Source of the DNA: a virus
Strand: one strand, 5' to 3'
IMG/VR virus record: IMGVR_UViG_3300046504_000138
Span: 6,638-70,637 of that record
Length of the DNA stretch: 64,000 nt
Under the pieces are notes generated by a model. The model was not told the DNA's origin. It saw only the letters and a list, made by a program, of their open reading frames with translations, and did not search any database. Every line of letters begins with the position of its first letter. The first letter of the stretch is position 1. Made by a program: the position numbers and the translations under genes. This document shows positions 1 through 9,041 of the stretch, piece after piece.

Positions 1-2
1 TT

Positions 3-491
3 GATGGCAGTGGAACAGGTACATTTGTTAGTTCATTAACAGGATTGGTTGCAAATACCACATATTATATTCGTGCTTATGCAACAAATGCTAATGGTAC
101 TTCTTATGGTAATGAAGTGAATTTTATGACACTTCCAATACCACCACCACCAACACTTACTGTATTTCTTGAAGCATGTACAGATTGTTACAACATGGTT
201 CTTGCAGGAGCATTTTGTTTGGTGTGTTGTAATGGCAATACCTATTCAACAATAATCATTGGTTCACCATATGCAAATCAAATAAGTAAATCATGTACAC
301 TTAATGGTGTTCCTGCGGGATGTTATTATGTTGATTATGATGGTGTACAATTGTGGTGTTGTTCTCCTACACATATTCAAGTATCGATTTCTGGTGTTAA
401 TTGGTCAGATGATTTTCATCCGAGTTGCTTTTATCAATGTTGTACTGCTTGTTTTGATACAGATAATTCAGTATATGGATGTATATATTAA
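3..491 (+). CDS. 5'-truncated virion-type protein: FN3-like repeat, poly-Pro linker and Cys-rich C-terminal domain
   Basis: Frame is open from the window edge (DGSGTGTFVSSLTGLVANTTYYIRAYATN...GTSYG, an FN3-like motif); ~14 Cys follow PPPP. Confidence 0.65.
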   Translation, partial: DGSGTGTFVSSLTGLVANTTYYIRAYATNANGTSYGNEVNFMTLPIPPPPTLTVFLEACTDCYNMVLAGAFCLVCCNGNTYSTIIIGSPYANQISKSCTLNGVPAGCYYVDYDGVQLWCCSPTHIQVSISGVNWSDDFHPSCFYQCCTACFDTDNSVYGCIY

Positions 492-506
492 AAAATAAAA
501 TTAATT

Positions 507-515
507 GTATTTATA
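507..515 (+). promoter_or_regulatory. Putative late promoter GTATTTATA (representative copy)
   Basis: Same core sits upstream of genes at 1878, 2717, 3905, 12387, 14799, 15358, 16248, 20508, 24402, 35528, 47652, 50903 (+) and 8874, 23440, 28174, 29388 (-). Confidence 0.75.
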
Positions 516-528
516 TAAAAAGAATTAA

Positions 529-1875
529 ATGGCATTTATCGATAAAAAAGACCCTGTAGTATTAAATATTAAATTAACTTCAAAGGGTAGGGAATTATTG
601 GCACAAGGATTGTTGAATTTTCAATACTATGCTATTGGCGATAGTGAAATCGATTATGCTTTTAATGCTGCTGTTGAAGCAAGTCCAGGTTCTTCGGGAT
701 ATACAGCATTTCAATCTACTATATTAAGACCTGCAGATCAAAATCCTGAAATATTGTCATTTATAACACGAAATGTGACAGGCAGTCCTTATAATCTCAT
801 AACAGGAAACCCAATTTTATCATATACTGTTGATAATGCAGTACAACCAATTGGATTTTTTATAAGTGGTACTACATTTGTTACAGATGCTAATCATGTT
901 AAACAGCCAAGTGCAATGGTACAAGTTAATACAATTACTGGTATTACTGGAATATTACGTAGACAATTAATTTTAAAGAAAACACCATCATATGGTATAA
1001 GTGGTCTTGAACCGCAATCAGGTGATTCATTATTAATTAAATGGACGATTACTGGTCAAACAACTGGATTTACTACTAATCCGACTGAGCCAAAGCCATA
1101 TTTATGGTATCGAATTACTAATATTGTTTCTGGTACATTAGCAGGTGCGGGAGTAACAATTACTGTTGATAGAAATTTACCTAATTTTAGTGGTTTGGGT
1201 ATTCCTGCAAGTGTTCAGGCAGGTGCTATGATTTATTATAACTATATAAATTATACTGGTAATACAATTTTTAATCAAACTGCAACAGATTATCTTAATT
1301 CAAGTGTGCTGTCATTCTTACAGAATAGTCAGTGTCCTACTGTCATATTTCCATTTTGGAATATGTCAATAATTTATACTGATGAAATTTTGGGTGTACA
1401 AAATTATAATTTAAAATATACGCAATTTAATACAAGAACATTTGGTGGTTTTGTTTCTTATATTCAACAACAGGCACAAAATAATCCAAATTATTTGAAA
1501 AAGTTAGGCGTTATTCACTATACTAATTCAAGTCCTGCAAATGTTTATGCAGAAGGATTTTATCTCGGTACACCTACATTACAACTTCCTACATTAATGT
1601 ATCATAGATCAACAGGAAAAGCATTAGGTGTTATATTTTCAGCAGGTGGTGGACCATACTTATTAACAGGTGCTACACCAACAAGTAAATCACTTAATAC
1701 AGAATATTATGATTTAGTTGATCCTTCAGGATTTGTTGTTGGTAAAATATTTACATTTTTAAAAATATTTGTAATTGAAGATCAGGATTTATTATACGCA
1801 ATGTCATATAAATCAAATAGATCATGGACTCTTCCTGAATTCATATTAACCATGAATCCAGCAGGCTGTATATAA
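529..1875 (+). CDS. Putative virion structural protein (baseplate/tail-associated)
   Basis: N-terminal LTSKGRELLAQG...YAIGDSEIDY motif typical of large-phage structural proteins; T/S/G-rich; late motif upstream. Confidence 0.6.
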   Translation: MAFIDKKDPVVLNIKLTSKGRELLAQGLLNFQYYAIGDSEIDYAFNAAVEASPGSSGYTAFQSTILRPADQNPEILSFITRNVTGSPYNLITGNPILSYTVDNAVQPIGFFISGTTFVTDANHVKQPSAMVQVNTITGITGILRRQLILKKTPSYGISGLEPQSGDSLLIKWTITGQTTGFTTNPTEPKPYLWYRITNIVSGTLAGAGVTITVDRNLPNFSGLGIPASVQAGAMIYYNYINYTGNTIFNQTATDYLNSSVLSFLQNSQCPTVIFPFWNMSIIYTDEILGVQNYNLKYTQFNTRTFGGFVSYIQQQAQNNPNYLKKLGVIHYTNSSPANVYAEGFYLGTPTLQLPTLMYHRSTGKALGVIFSAGGGPYLLTGATPTSKSLNTEYYDLVDPSGFVVGKIFTFLKIFVIEDQDLLYAMSYKSNRSWTLPEFILTMNPAGCI

Positions 1876-1900
1876 TAGTATTTATAATAAAAATTAAAAC

Positions 1901-2632
1901 ATGGCATCAGGCTATACAATTTTCGTCACATATCTTTTAAGTGGTGCTACTACGCAAAATTACAGTACTGCAGTTCATTGCAATTATATTAAATCGTTGT
2001 ATTTGGATACTGAAGCACCAGATATGCAGGAAGTTAAGATATATTTTAATCCAAGTGATAATGGATTTAAATTTTTAAATGGCAGTCTTGGTACGGGATT
2101 CTCCGCAAATAAAATTTATGCGGTAGTTCAATTAGTTAATAATAGTGGATTTACTTATGCTTCAGGTGTTACACCGACAGCAGCAAATTGGAAATTATAT
2201 AACTTAACACCAACAGGTGTAACTGCGTTAACATCAAGTTTTTTAACCAGTCAAGTATTTAACATTCCATTAAATGTGTATGCAGGAAAGCCAACATATA
2301 ACTTGGATTATCTTAATTATCCAATAGCATCACGATCCGATGAATTGTGCTTTGGTGATGAAGTATATTTCTTTGGTGATGTGCAAACCGATATTGAAGC
2401 AGTGGTATATACAACAGACTTATCAATTCCATTACCATTAAATCAATTTAATTCAAGTAATAATAATACTTGGTTACAATTAAATCCAAAACCATCGGTA
2501 TTCATAAGTGAAGTTGGACTATATGCATCGGTTAACGGCACATTGGAACTTGTGGCAATAGGTAAACTAAATGATCCTGTGCCAAAAGACAATTCGATTT
2601 CAAGAACATTGATATTTGACATCGATTTTTAA
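1901..2632 (+). CDS. Putative virion structural protein
   Basis: C-terminal ISEVGLY...LVAIGKL..PVPK...DIDF tail-collar/baseplate-like motif; late motif at 1878. Confidence 0.6.
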   Translation: MASGYTIFVTYLLSGATTQNYSTAVHCNYIKSLYLDTEAPDMQEVKIYFNPSDNGFKFLNGSLGTGFSANKIYAVVQLVNNSGFTYASGVTPTAANWKLYNLTPTGVTALTSSFLTSQVFNIPLNVYAGKPTYNLDYLNYPIASRSDELCFGDEVYFFGDVQTDIEAVVYTTDLSIPLPLNQFNSSNNNTWLQLNPKPSVFISEVGLYASVNGTLELVAIGKLNDPVPKDNSISRTLIFDIDF

Positions 2633-2732
2633 TGCGATAATTATCGTAACGAAATCTATCGCAATCATTTTTATTGAAAATAATCATAAAATTTTATATT
2701 TTTTTATAATTTCTTAGTATTTATTGTAAATA

Positions 2733-2996
2733 ATGGATAAAAAATTTACAATATATATGGATAAAACTATTGGCATTAACGGAACTAAGCCAAAATCAGT
2801 AATCATTGATGGTAATTTGCATAGCAGTTTTAAAATGTTATGCAAAGGAAAAAGCATGAAAATTGGCGGTGTTATTGAAGACTTGATCAAATTATATTTA
2901 TATGATCCTAAGAATCTTCAAAAAATGATTGATGACTTAAAGGACCGTACTGTAATTACTAACAGAGTTACTGGTGAACAGGTAAAAATCGGATAA
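2733..2996 (+). CDS. Small ribbon-helix-helix-like DNA-binding protein
   Basis: KSVIIDGNLHSSFKMLC...IGGVIEDLI pattern. Confidence 0.5.
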   Translation: MDKKFTIYMDKTIGINGTKPKSVIIDGNLHSSFKMLCKGKSMKIGGVIEDLIKLYLYDPKNLQKMIDDLKDRTVITNRVTGEQVKIG

Positions 2997-2999
2997 TTT

Positions 3000-3611
3000 A
3001 TGGAAAAATACATATGGTCATTGGATATTTCGACAACTAATGTGGGGTGTTCACTTTGGAACAATAAAGGAAAGTTGATTGAATTAAAACATTTAGCATT
3101 AAAGTCAGATAAAGAAACTTCAGTGGATGATAGAGATATTCATAAAGCAGATGTCTTTAAAGAATATTGTATTGCCTACAGACAGAGAATTGAAAATGAT
3201 TTAAATGGTGAAATGCTACACATATTTGTAGAAGCACCATTACAAAATACTCCTAAGAATATTAATACTACAGCATTATTGCTTGGCTTTAATGGTATGG
3301 CAAGATATGTTCTATATGAAGTATTCGATTTAATGCCGATTAAGATCAGTGTATATGAAAGTCGTAAATTATTCTGTCCTGAATTAGTGAAGGTATCATT
3401 TAAAAAAGGCGAAAAAGTAGAAACTATGAGTTTCCCCGAAAAATATTTAAAAGAAAAAAAGTTGTATATTTGGGAAAAGGTTGCTAAATTAGAACCCCAA
3501 ATCGAATGGTTTTATACCAAAAACAATACTCTTAAAGACATGTGTTTTGATATGTCAGATAGTTATTGTGTTGGTTTTGCCGGACTAAAGACTTTGGGTA
3601 TTGTGAAATGA
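3000..3611 (+). CDS. RuvC-like Holliday junction resolvase
   Basis: SLDISTTNVG, FVEAPL and DMSDS acidic motifs of the RNase H fold. Confidence 0.75.
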   Translation: MEKYIWSLDISTTNVGCSLWNNKGKLIELKHLALKSDKETSVDDRDIHKADVFKEYCIAYRQRIENDLNGEMLHIFVEAPLQNTPKNINTTALLLGFNGMARYVLYEVFDLMPIKISVYESRKLFCPELVKVSFKKGEKVETMSFPEKYLKEKKLYIWEKVAKLEPQIEWFYTKNNTLKDMCFDMSDSYCVGFAGLKTLGIVK

Positions 3612-3916
3612 AATTTATTTATTTAATCCAATCATTAGAAAACGGGTATTATAAAATAGGTGTTTCAAAGCATCCACAAAAAAGAATACAAGGATTACAA
3701 ACTGGTAATCCTTCACCTACAAAATTAATTGGGGTATATCAAACCGAATACGCAAATCAAATTGAACGAGCATTGCAAAGAAGATATGCACATCTTCATA
3801 AAGAAGGTGAATGGTTTGACTTGGGCATAAGTCAAGAAGTAAATTTCAAGAAGGAATGTCAAAAAATTGAAGACTCAATAGTGTTTCTTAAAGAAAACGG
3901 CAATGTATTTATATAA
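3608..3916 (+). CDS. GIY-YIG (T5orf172-like) nuclease-domain protein
   Basis: IYLI...YKIGVS..PQKRIQGLQTGNP...GEWF; ATGA overlap with the upstream gene gives the 3608 start. Confidence 0.8.
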   Translation: MKFIYLIQSLENGYYKIGVSKHPQKRIQGLQTGNPSPTKLIGVYQTEYANQIERALQRRYAHLHKEGEWFDLGISQEVNFKKECQKIEDSIVFLKENGNVFI

Positions 3917-3920
3917 AACC

Positions 3921-3951
3921 TTGACAATATGGGAATTTTGTTATAAGTTTG
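3921..3951 (+). promoter_or_regulatory. Bacteroidota-type housekeeping promoter TTG-N20-TAagTTTG (representative copy)
   Basis: Similar sites at 6088-6117, 8981-9011, 21655-21685, 23430-23458, 35167-35196, 40457-40486 (+) and 30396-30426, 34691-34721 (-). Confidence 0.75.
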
Positions 3952-3990
3952 AGCAAAATTTCGAAATAATCTTATCTAAATATTGTAAAT

Positions 3991-5517
3991 ATGAAGAGTA
4001 AACAAATTGACAAAGCAATTGAAATTATTAATTATGCAATCCAAAATCAAATAACTGTAACTGAAGCATCCGTGAAATGCGGATTCGCATACACCTACGT
4101 GAAAAATGTAAAAGCACAGGTGTATGAAAATTATGGAATTGGAAATCTAACTGATGAACTTTTTAAAAAGTTTGTCAAAGCCTATGAAAGATATCAGGAA
4201 GAAGGCTTAGAATGGAGTAAACCATCAAGAAAAACAAACAATGACTTTACTAAAGTCAGTGATCCGACAAAAGAAAAAGAACATTTTGTCAGAACTGAAC
4301 ACATCGGCAATAGACAACCTCTCGATCTACCCAAGACAAATGAAAGTGAAAGATTGTTTCTTAATGTGGATGAAGATAAAGAACAGGCAGAAGTCACATG
4401 GGTTAGTGGAGCAAATTATCCAAAGGACCATGTAAAAACTCTCGATGAATTACTTGCTGCCACTAAAGTTGATTTGGACATTTGGAAAGTCAGAGAATAT
4501 TGGATAAATAAATGGGATGTTACAAGTTGGAAACAAAAGTTTCCACAAACAGTTCAAAATTGGCAGGTTAAAGCACGTCTCGAAAAAGACGTTAAACTCA
4601 GTGAGGCTCTTGACATAGAAAAGATTTTCAAGAGAATGATTACTGATTACAAAGTGCCTCAAGTTCCCTTCTATAAAAAAGATAATGCAGACACTGACGA
4701 AAATAATCTTCTTGAATTAGCAATATTTGACCTGCATATGGGCAAACTTGCATGGGGCGGTGAAACTGGTGAAAGTTATGATACCAAAATTGCCCGTGAA
4801 AGATTCATATATGCAATTAACGATTTATTAATTCTCGCAAACAGATTTCCATATTCACGTATATTGTTTCCAGTCGGAAATGATTTCTTCAACAGTGATA
4901 CCATATTTAATACGACCACACAAGGAACACCGCAGGATGAAGACCTACGTTGGCAGAAAACATTTAATGTTGGCGTAAGACTTCTTATTGATGGAATTAA
5001 TCTTTTGAAACGAATGGGTAAACCTATTGATGTGTTGGTAATACCTGGTAATCATGATTTTGAACGTAGTTTCTATATGGGTAAATATCTTGAAGCATGG
5101 TTCAATAATGATCCTGTGGTATGCATTAATACGGGTGCATCACCAAGAAAATATTATAAGTTTGGTAAAGTATTACTTGGTTTCACTCATGGTAGTGAAG
5201 AGAAAGAAGGCTCACTTCCAATGATTATGGCAAATGATATAGAATCAAAACCAATGTGGAGTGAAACCCTCTATCATGAATTTCATGTTGGTCACATTCA
5301 TAGAAAAAGAGACATGAAATATTCGGCAACACTTGATAAGATAAGAGTATTAAACGAAGATTTAGGAGTTACTGTTAGGTATCTCTCAAGCCTTACAGGT
5401 ACAGAAGAATGGCATCACAAAAAGGGTTTTGTTGGTGCAGTTAAGGCAGCAGATGGCTTTATTTGGAACGATGAAAAAGGTCTTCTTGCGCATATAAATT
5501 CAAATTTAAAAGTATAA
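3991..5517 (+). CDS. Calcineurin-like metallophosphoesterase with N-terminal HTH-like region
   Basis: DLHMG, GND, GNHD, THG and GHIH motifs. Confidence 0.8.
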   Translation: MKSKQIDKAIEIINYAIQNQITVTEASVKCGFAYTYVKNVKAQVYENYGIGNLTDELFKKFVKAYERYQEEGLEWSKPSRKTNNDFTKVSDPTKEKEHFVRTEHIGNRQPLDLPKTNESERLFLNVDEDKEQAEVTWVSGANYPKDHVKTLDELLAATKVDLDIWKVREYWINKWDVTSWKQKFPQTVQNWQVKARLEKDVKLSEALDIEKIFKRMITDYKVPQVPFYKKDNADTDENNLLELAIFDLHMGKLAWGGETGESYDTKIARERFIYAINDLLILANRFPYSRILFPVGNDFFNSDTIFNTTTQGTPQDEDLRWQKTFNVGVRLLIDGINLLKRMGKPIDVLVIPGNHDFERSFYMGKYLEAWFNNDPVVCINTGASPRKYYKFGKVLLGFTHGSEEKEGSLPMIMANDIESKPMWSETLYHEFHVGHIHRKRDMKYSATLDKIRVLNEDLGVTVRYLSSLTGTEEWHHKKGFVGAVKAADGFIWNDEKGLLAHINSNLKV

Positions 5518-5521
5518 TAAA

Positions 5522-6055
5522 ATGGCAGAAAACAACAAATTATTAAATTTAGCAAAGGGTAATAAAAAAGCAACTCCTGCTAAAAAAACGGGTGTGAAAA
5601 AGGAAAAGGTTATTACACCTGAAGAACAAAGAGACCTTAAAGCAAAAGCAAAGGTTAAAGAACTATTGGATGGCGTTGATTTATCACCGACAAAAAAGGA
5701 AGATGATTTACTTGAAATAAGTAAGGAAGAACAACACGGTACTGATTGGCTTCAGGAACAAGTTGGTTTGCTTTCAAGTGAAAATGAATTACTTAAGGCA
5801 GATTTAGCCGTAGCAAAAAGTGATTATCAGAAACTGTTAGTGGAAAACCAACAAATTAAACAAGGTGTAGGCATTCAGGATGAAAGCACGTTGAAAACAG
5901 GTGTTTTAACAATTTTCCACGAAATTCAATCACAACATTTGAAGAATCCAGGATTTACTCAATTCGGTACACCTAATTTTGTTATTTTCCCACCTGCATT
6001 TTTAAATAGAATGATCATGTATTTTCCTTTCTTACAGAAAGAAAAACGATTCTAA
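5522..6055 (+). CDS. Hypothetical coiled-coil protein
   Basis: Long ORF in operon, followed by a terminator. Confidence 0.7.
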   Translation: MAENNKLLNLAKGNKKATPAKKTGVKKEKVITPEEQRDLKAKAKVKELLDGVDLSPTKKEDDLLEISKEEQHGTDWLQEQVGLLSSENELLKADLAVAKSDYQKLLVENQQIKQGVGIQDESTLKTGVLTIFHEIQSQHLKNPGFTQFGTPNFVIFPPAFLNRMIMYFPFLQKEKRF

Positions 6056-6072
6056 AAAAGAAAATCAAAATG

Positions 6073-6110
6073 ATTTGCCTTAATGCTTTGAATTGAGGCA
6101 AATTTTTTTT
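6073..6110 (+). terminator. Intrinsic terminator
   Basis: ATTTGCCTTAAT/ATTGAGGCAAAT stem plus T-run. Confidence 0.7.
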
Positions 6111-6125
6111 ATATTTGCCATTAGT

Positions 6126-6755
6126 ATGAATCGAGTAGGCAATAGAATGTTTAGATGTGTGTATGTATATGAATTTTCAGACAATTCCGCATATATTGGC
6201 TTAACATATAATTTAGAAAAAAGAAATATCAATAGAAAAACACAATCGTATGATGCTGTAACCAAACATATTTCTGAAACTAATTCAACACCAATAATAA
6301 AGCAATTAAGTGAGTATATACCAACTAATAAGGCATCATTATTGGAAAATGAATATATTAAAAAGTATAAAAATAATGGATGGAAAGTATTAAATAAGAC
6401 AAAAGGCGGTGAAATTGGCTCTGGTGAAAGAATATGGACAAAAGAGTTATGTCAAAAAGAAGCATTAAAATATAATACAAAGTCTGAATTTTATTATTTC
6501 TCAAATAAAGCATATACTGCAGCACAAAGATATGGTTGGTTAGATGAAATTTGTCAACATATGAAATCTCAAATTCATCATTGGACTATTGATGAAGTTA
6601 AATATGAAGCATTAAAATATAGTGCAAGATATGAATTTACAAAAAATAATAAAAATGCATATATATGGGCAATAAGACATAATGTATTAGATGAGATTTG
6701 TCAACATATGTGCAGTATGATTGGCACAAATCAATATAAAGAAAAAATAAAATGA
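6126..6755 (+). CDS. GIY-YIG homing-endonuclease-like protein with two C-terminal repeats
   Basis: VYVYEF...AYIGLT...R; repeated WT...EALKY...EF...AY...LDEICQHM; start moved downstream of the promoter. Confidence 0.75.
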   Translation: MNRVGNRMFRCVYVYEFSDNSAYIGLTYNLEKRNINRKTQSYDAVTKHISETNSTPIIKQLSEYIPTNKASLLENEYIKKYKNNGWKVLNKTKGGEIGSGERIWTKELCQKEALKYNTKSEFYYFSNKAYTAAQRYGWLDEICQHMKSQIHHWTIDEVKYEALKYSARYEFTKNNKNAYIWAIRHNVLDEICQHMCSMIGTNQYKEKIK

Positions 6756-7837
6756 GTCAAGTTCGTGGTCAAGAATTTCATGCTATAATTCAAAATATTT
6801 TTGATGATGTTAATGGACTAAATGTTAGTGAACAATTGCAAGTAGATTGTCCTCGTTGTGCTGAAACAGATGGATTATCTCATGGAGACGGCAAACATAA
6901 TCTCGAAATCAACACAGCAAGACGTGTTTTCAGATGTTGGCGTTGTGATGAGCCGAAGTTCTCAGGATCATTAGGAAGACTTATCAGGTTATATGGAACA
7001 AAGATTGACTATGAACTATATAAATCTTATGCTGATATTTATGGTGATGAATATTCGTATGATGATGACGATGAAAAAGAATATGCACCCGTATTACTTC
7101 CAAAAGAAATGATTTTATTCAGTCAAATGGAAACTGGTAATTTAGATCATTTTGAAGCATATAATTATTTATTGAATGATAGAAAAATATCGAGAGAGAT
7201 AATGTTAAAATATCGGCTCGGTTTTTGTACTGAAGGTAAGTACGCCAAAAGAATAATAATTCCATCATACGATCCGAAGGGTGAAATAAATTATTTTGTT
7301 GGCAGAACATATGACCCTACTGTAAAGAAAAAGAAATACGATAATCCAAAATCTGATAAGGATAGGATTATTTTTAATGAAGGATTTGTAAATTGGGATT
7401 CTACTGTATATCTTGTTGAAGGTGCGTTTGAAATGTTATCATTTCCCGTGAATATCATACCGATGTTAGGAAAAACATTATCAACCACATTGTTTTTGAA
7501 ACTGAAAGAAATGAAACCGAATGTAGTGGTGTTGTTAGACCCCGATGCATATAAAGACAGTATAGAATTGTATTATCAATTACATACGATTTATGTGGAC
7601 TGTGAAGAAAGGGTCAAGTTGGTTAAACTTCCAACCAATGATGACTTGGATGAACTCCGTAGAAATCATGGTCAGGATGCTGTAATAAAAGCATTGCGTA
7701 CAGCAAGAAATTTAACCACAGATGATTATTTTATTAAACGGTTGCAGAAACCTTACGAACATGACAGAGCACGAAGATACGAATCTAATTCAAAATATTT
7801 TGAATGGAAATCCGGCAGCACAAGAAACGGCATATAA
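6752..7837 (+). CDS. DNA primase (Zn finger + TOPRIM)
   Basis: CPRC...CWRC, YFVGR, LVEGAFE, LDPDA and DLDE motifs. Confidence 0.85.
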   Translation: MSQVRGQEFHAIIQNIFDDVNGLNVSEQLQVDCPRCAETDGLSHGDGKHNLEINTARRVFRCWRCDEPKFSGSLGRLIRLYGTKIDYELYKSYADIYGDEYSYDDDDEKEYAPVLLPKEMILFSQMETGNLDHFEAYNYLLNDRKISREIMLKYRLGFCTEGKYAKRIIIPSYDPKGEINYFVGRTYDPTVKKKKYDNPKSDKDRIIFNEGFVNWDSTVYLVEGAFEMLSFPVNIIPMLGKTLSTTLFLKLKEMKPNVVVLLDPDAYKDSIELYYQLHTIYVDCEERVKLVKLPTNDDLDELRRNHGQDAVIKALRTARNLTTDDYFIKRLQKPYEHDRARRYESNSKYFEWKSGSTRNGI

Positions 7838-8360
7838 AAACTATAGAAAGATAGTAAAAAATTATATTCTAAGTAAATTTCCACCATATTATGATCTGGA
7901 AGATGATGTGTCAGAGATAATGATCAAAGTCTTTCTTAATCTCAAAGATTACGATAGTAGCAAATCTAAATTTAAATCTTGGGTTATTACAATAGCAAAA
8001 AATTATCTTATTGATAAGTGGAGAACTGGTACTGTTAGTATATCTGCTGGTGATATAAGTTTAAGTACTTCAAATCCAAATTATGGCACGACAAGTTGTA
8101 CAACAAATGGTAATAATTTAATAACATATACTTCGACAAATAATGCCAGTTGTTGTTTTGAAAATTGCAATGCTGTTAGTTTTGTATCAGCACAATTATC
8201 ACCAATGGATTTCACATTACTCGATATGAAATATGTTCAAGGGTATGATTATAAGGAAATTGGTAGTGAATTTCAACTCACGAGCAATACCGTCAGTAAT
8301 AAAATAAACTATATTAAAACTAAATTAAAAAAGAATCTTCCCGGAGACATTTTTGAATAA
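7761..8360 (+). CDS. ECF-type RNA polymerase sigma factor
   Basis: Region 2 (EDDVSEIMIKVF...YDSSKSKFKSWVITIAKNYLIDKWR) and region 4 HTH (GYDYKEIG...TVSNKI). Confidence 0.85.
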   Translation: MTEHEDTNLIQNILNGNPAAQETAYKNYRKIVKNYILSKFPPYYDLEDDVSEIMIKVFLNLKDYDSSKSKFKSWVITIAKNYLIDKWRTGTVSISAGDISLSTSNPNYGTTSCTTNGNNLITYTSTNNASCCFENCNAVSFVSAQLSPMDFTLLDMKYVQGYDYKEIGSEFQLTSNTVSNKINYIKTKLKKNLPGDIFE

Positions 8361-8363
8361 AAA

Positions 8364-8397
8364 ATGAGGTCACAATCCGTGACCTCATCTTGTTTTT
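8364..8397. terminator. Bidirectional intrinsic terminator between convergent genes
   Basis: Perfect 10-bp stem ATGAGGTCAC/GTGACCTCAT flanked by A and T runs. Confidence 0.8.
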
Positions 8398-8414
8398 GAG
8401 ACATTCAATATGCG

Positions 8415-8843
8415 TTATTTAATCTCAATTTTTTTCTTTGTTTGTTTTGGTTCTTCGAGTTTTGGAACTGTTACGGTTAATACACCGTCTTCCAAATTAG
8501 CACTGATATTGTCAACATCAGCATCATCAGGTAAGATAAATGATCTTTTATATTTGCCAGTAAATGATTCTTTACGGTTGTATTTCAAGTCTTTGACTTC
8601 TTTACGTTCTGCCTCAATAGAAAGTCTTCTTTCATTAACATCAACAGTAACATCTTCTTTTTTTATCCCGGCAAGCATTGCTTCAACGACATATTCCTTT
8701 TCATTTTCAATAATATCGTGAATGGGGCATTTAATTGATGTGTCATCGAATGGATTAAGAAAAATCCTCTCAAAAAGTTCAGGTATTTCTTCAAAGTCAA
8801 AAAATACACTTGGTTTGTAGGTGCTGTGCTTAATTGGTAACAT
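8415..8843 (-). CDS. Small heat-shock protein (Hsp20)
   Basis: Alpha-crystallin motifs (DIIENEKEY...GIKKEDV...RSFILP...A.LEDGVLTVTVPK); late motif overlaps the first ATG, so the second Met is used. Confidence 0.9.
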   Translation of the reverse strand: MLPIKHSTYKPSVFFDFEEIPELFERIFLNPFDDTSIKCPIHDIIENEKEYVVEAMLAGIKKEDVTVDVNERRLSIEAERKEVKDLKYNRKESFTGKYKRSFILPDDADVDNISANLEDGVLTVTVPKLEEPKQTKKKIEIK

Positions 8844-9041
8844 ATTTTTAAGTTTTAAATTAAAATTATTTTTCATAAATACTACTAAATCTATGCCATA
8901 GGTATTTATATGACAAAATTACTGCTAAATATTAATAGAATTATAATTGAAATGCCATTCTGACAATTTTATAAAAACTCTTGCATTTCAAGGCAGTTTT
9001 AGATATATTTGTGAAAATAATTTTATATTAAAGAATTATGA

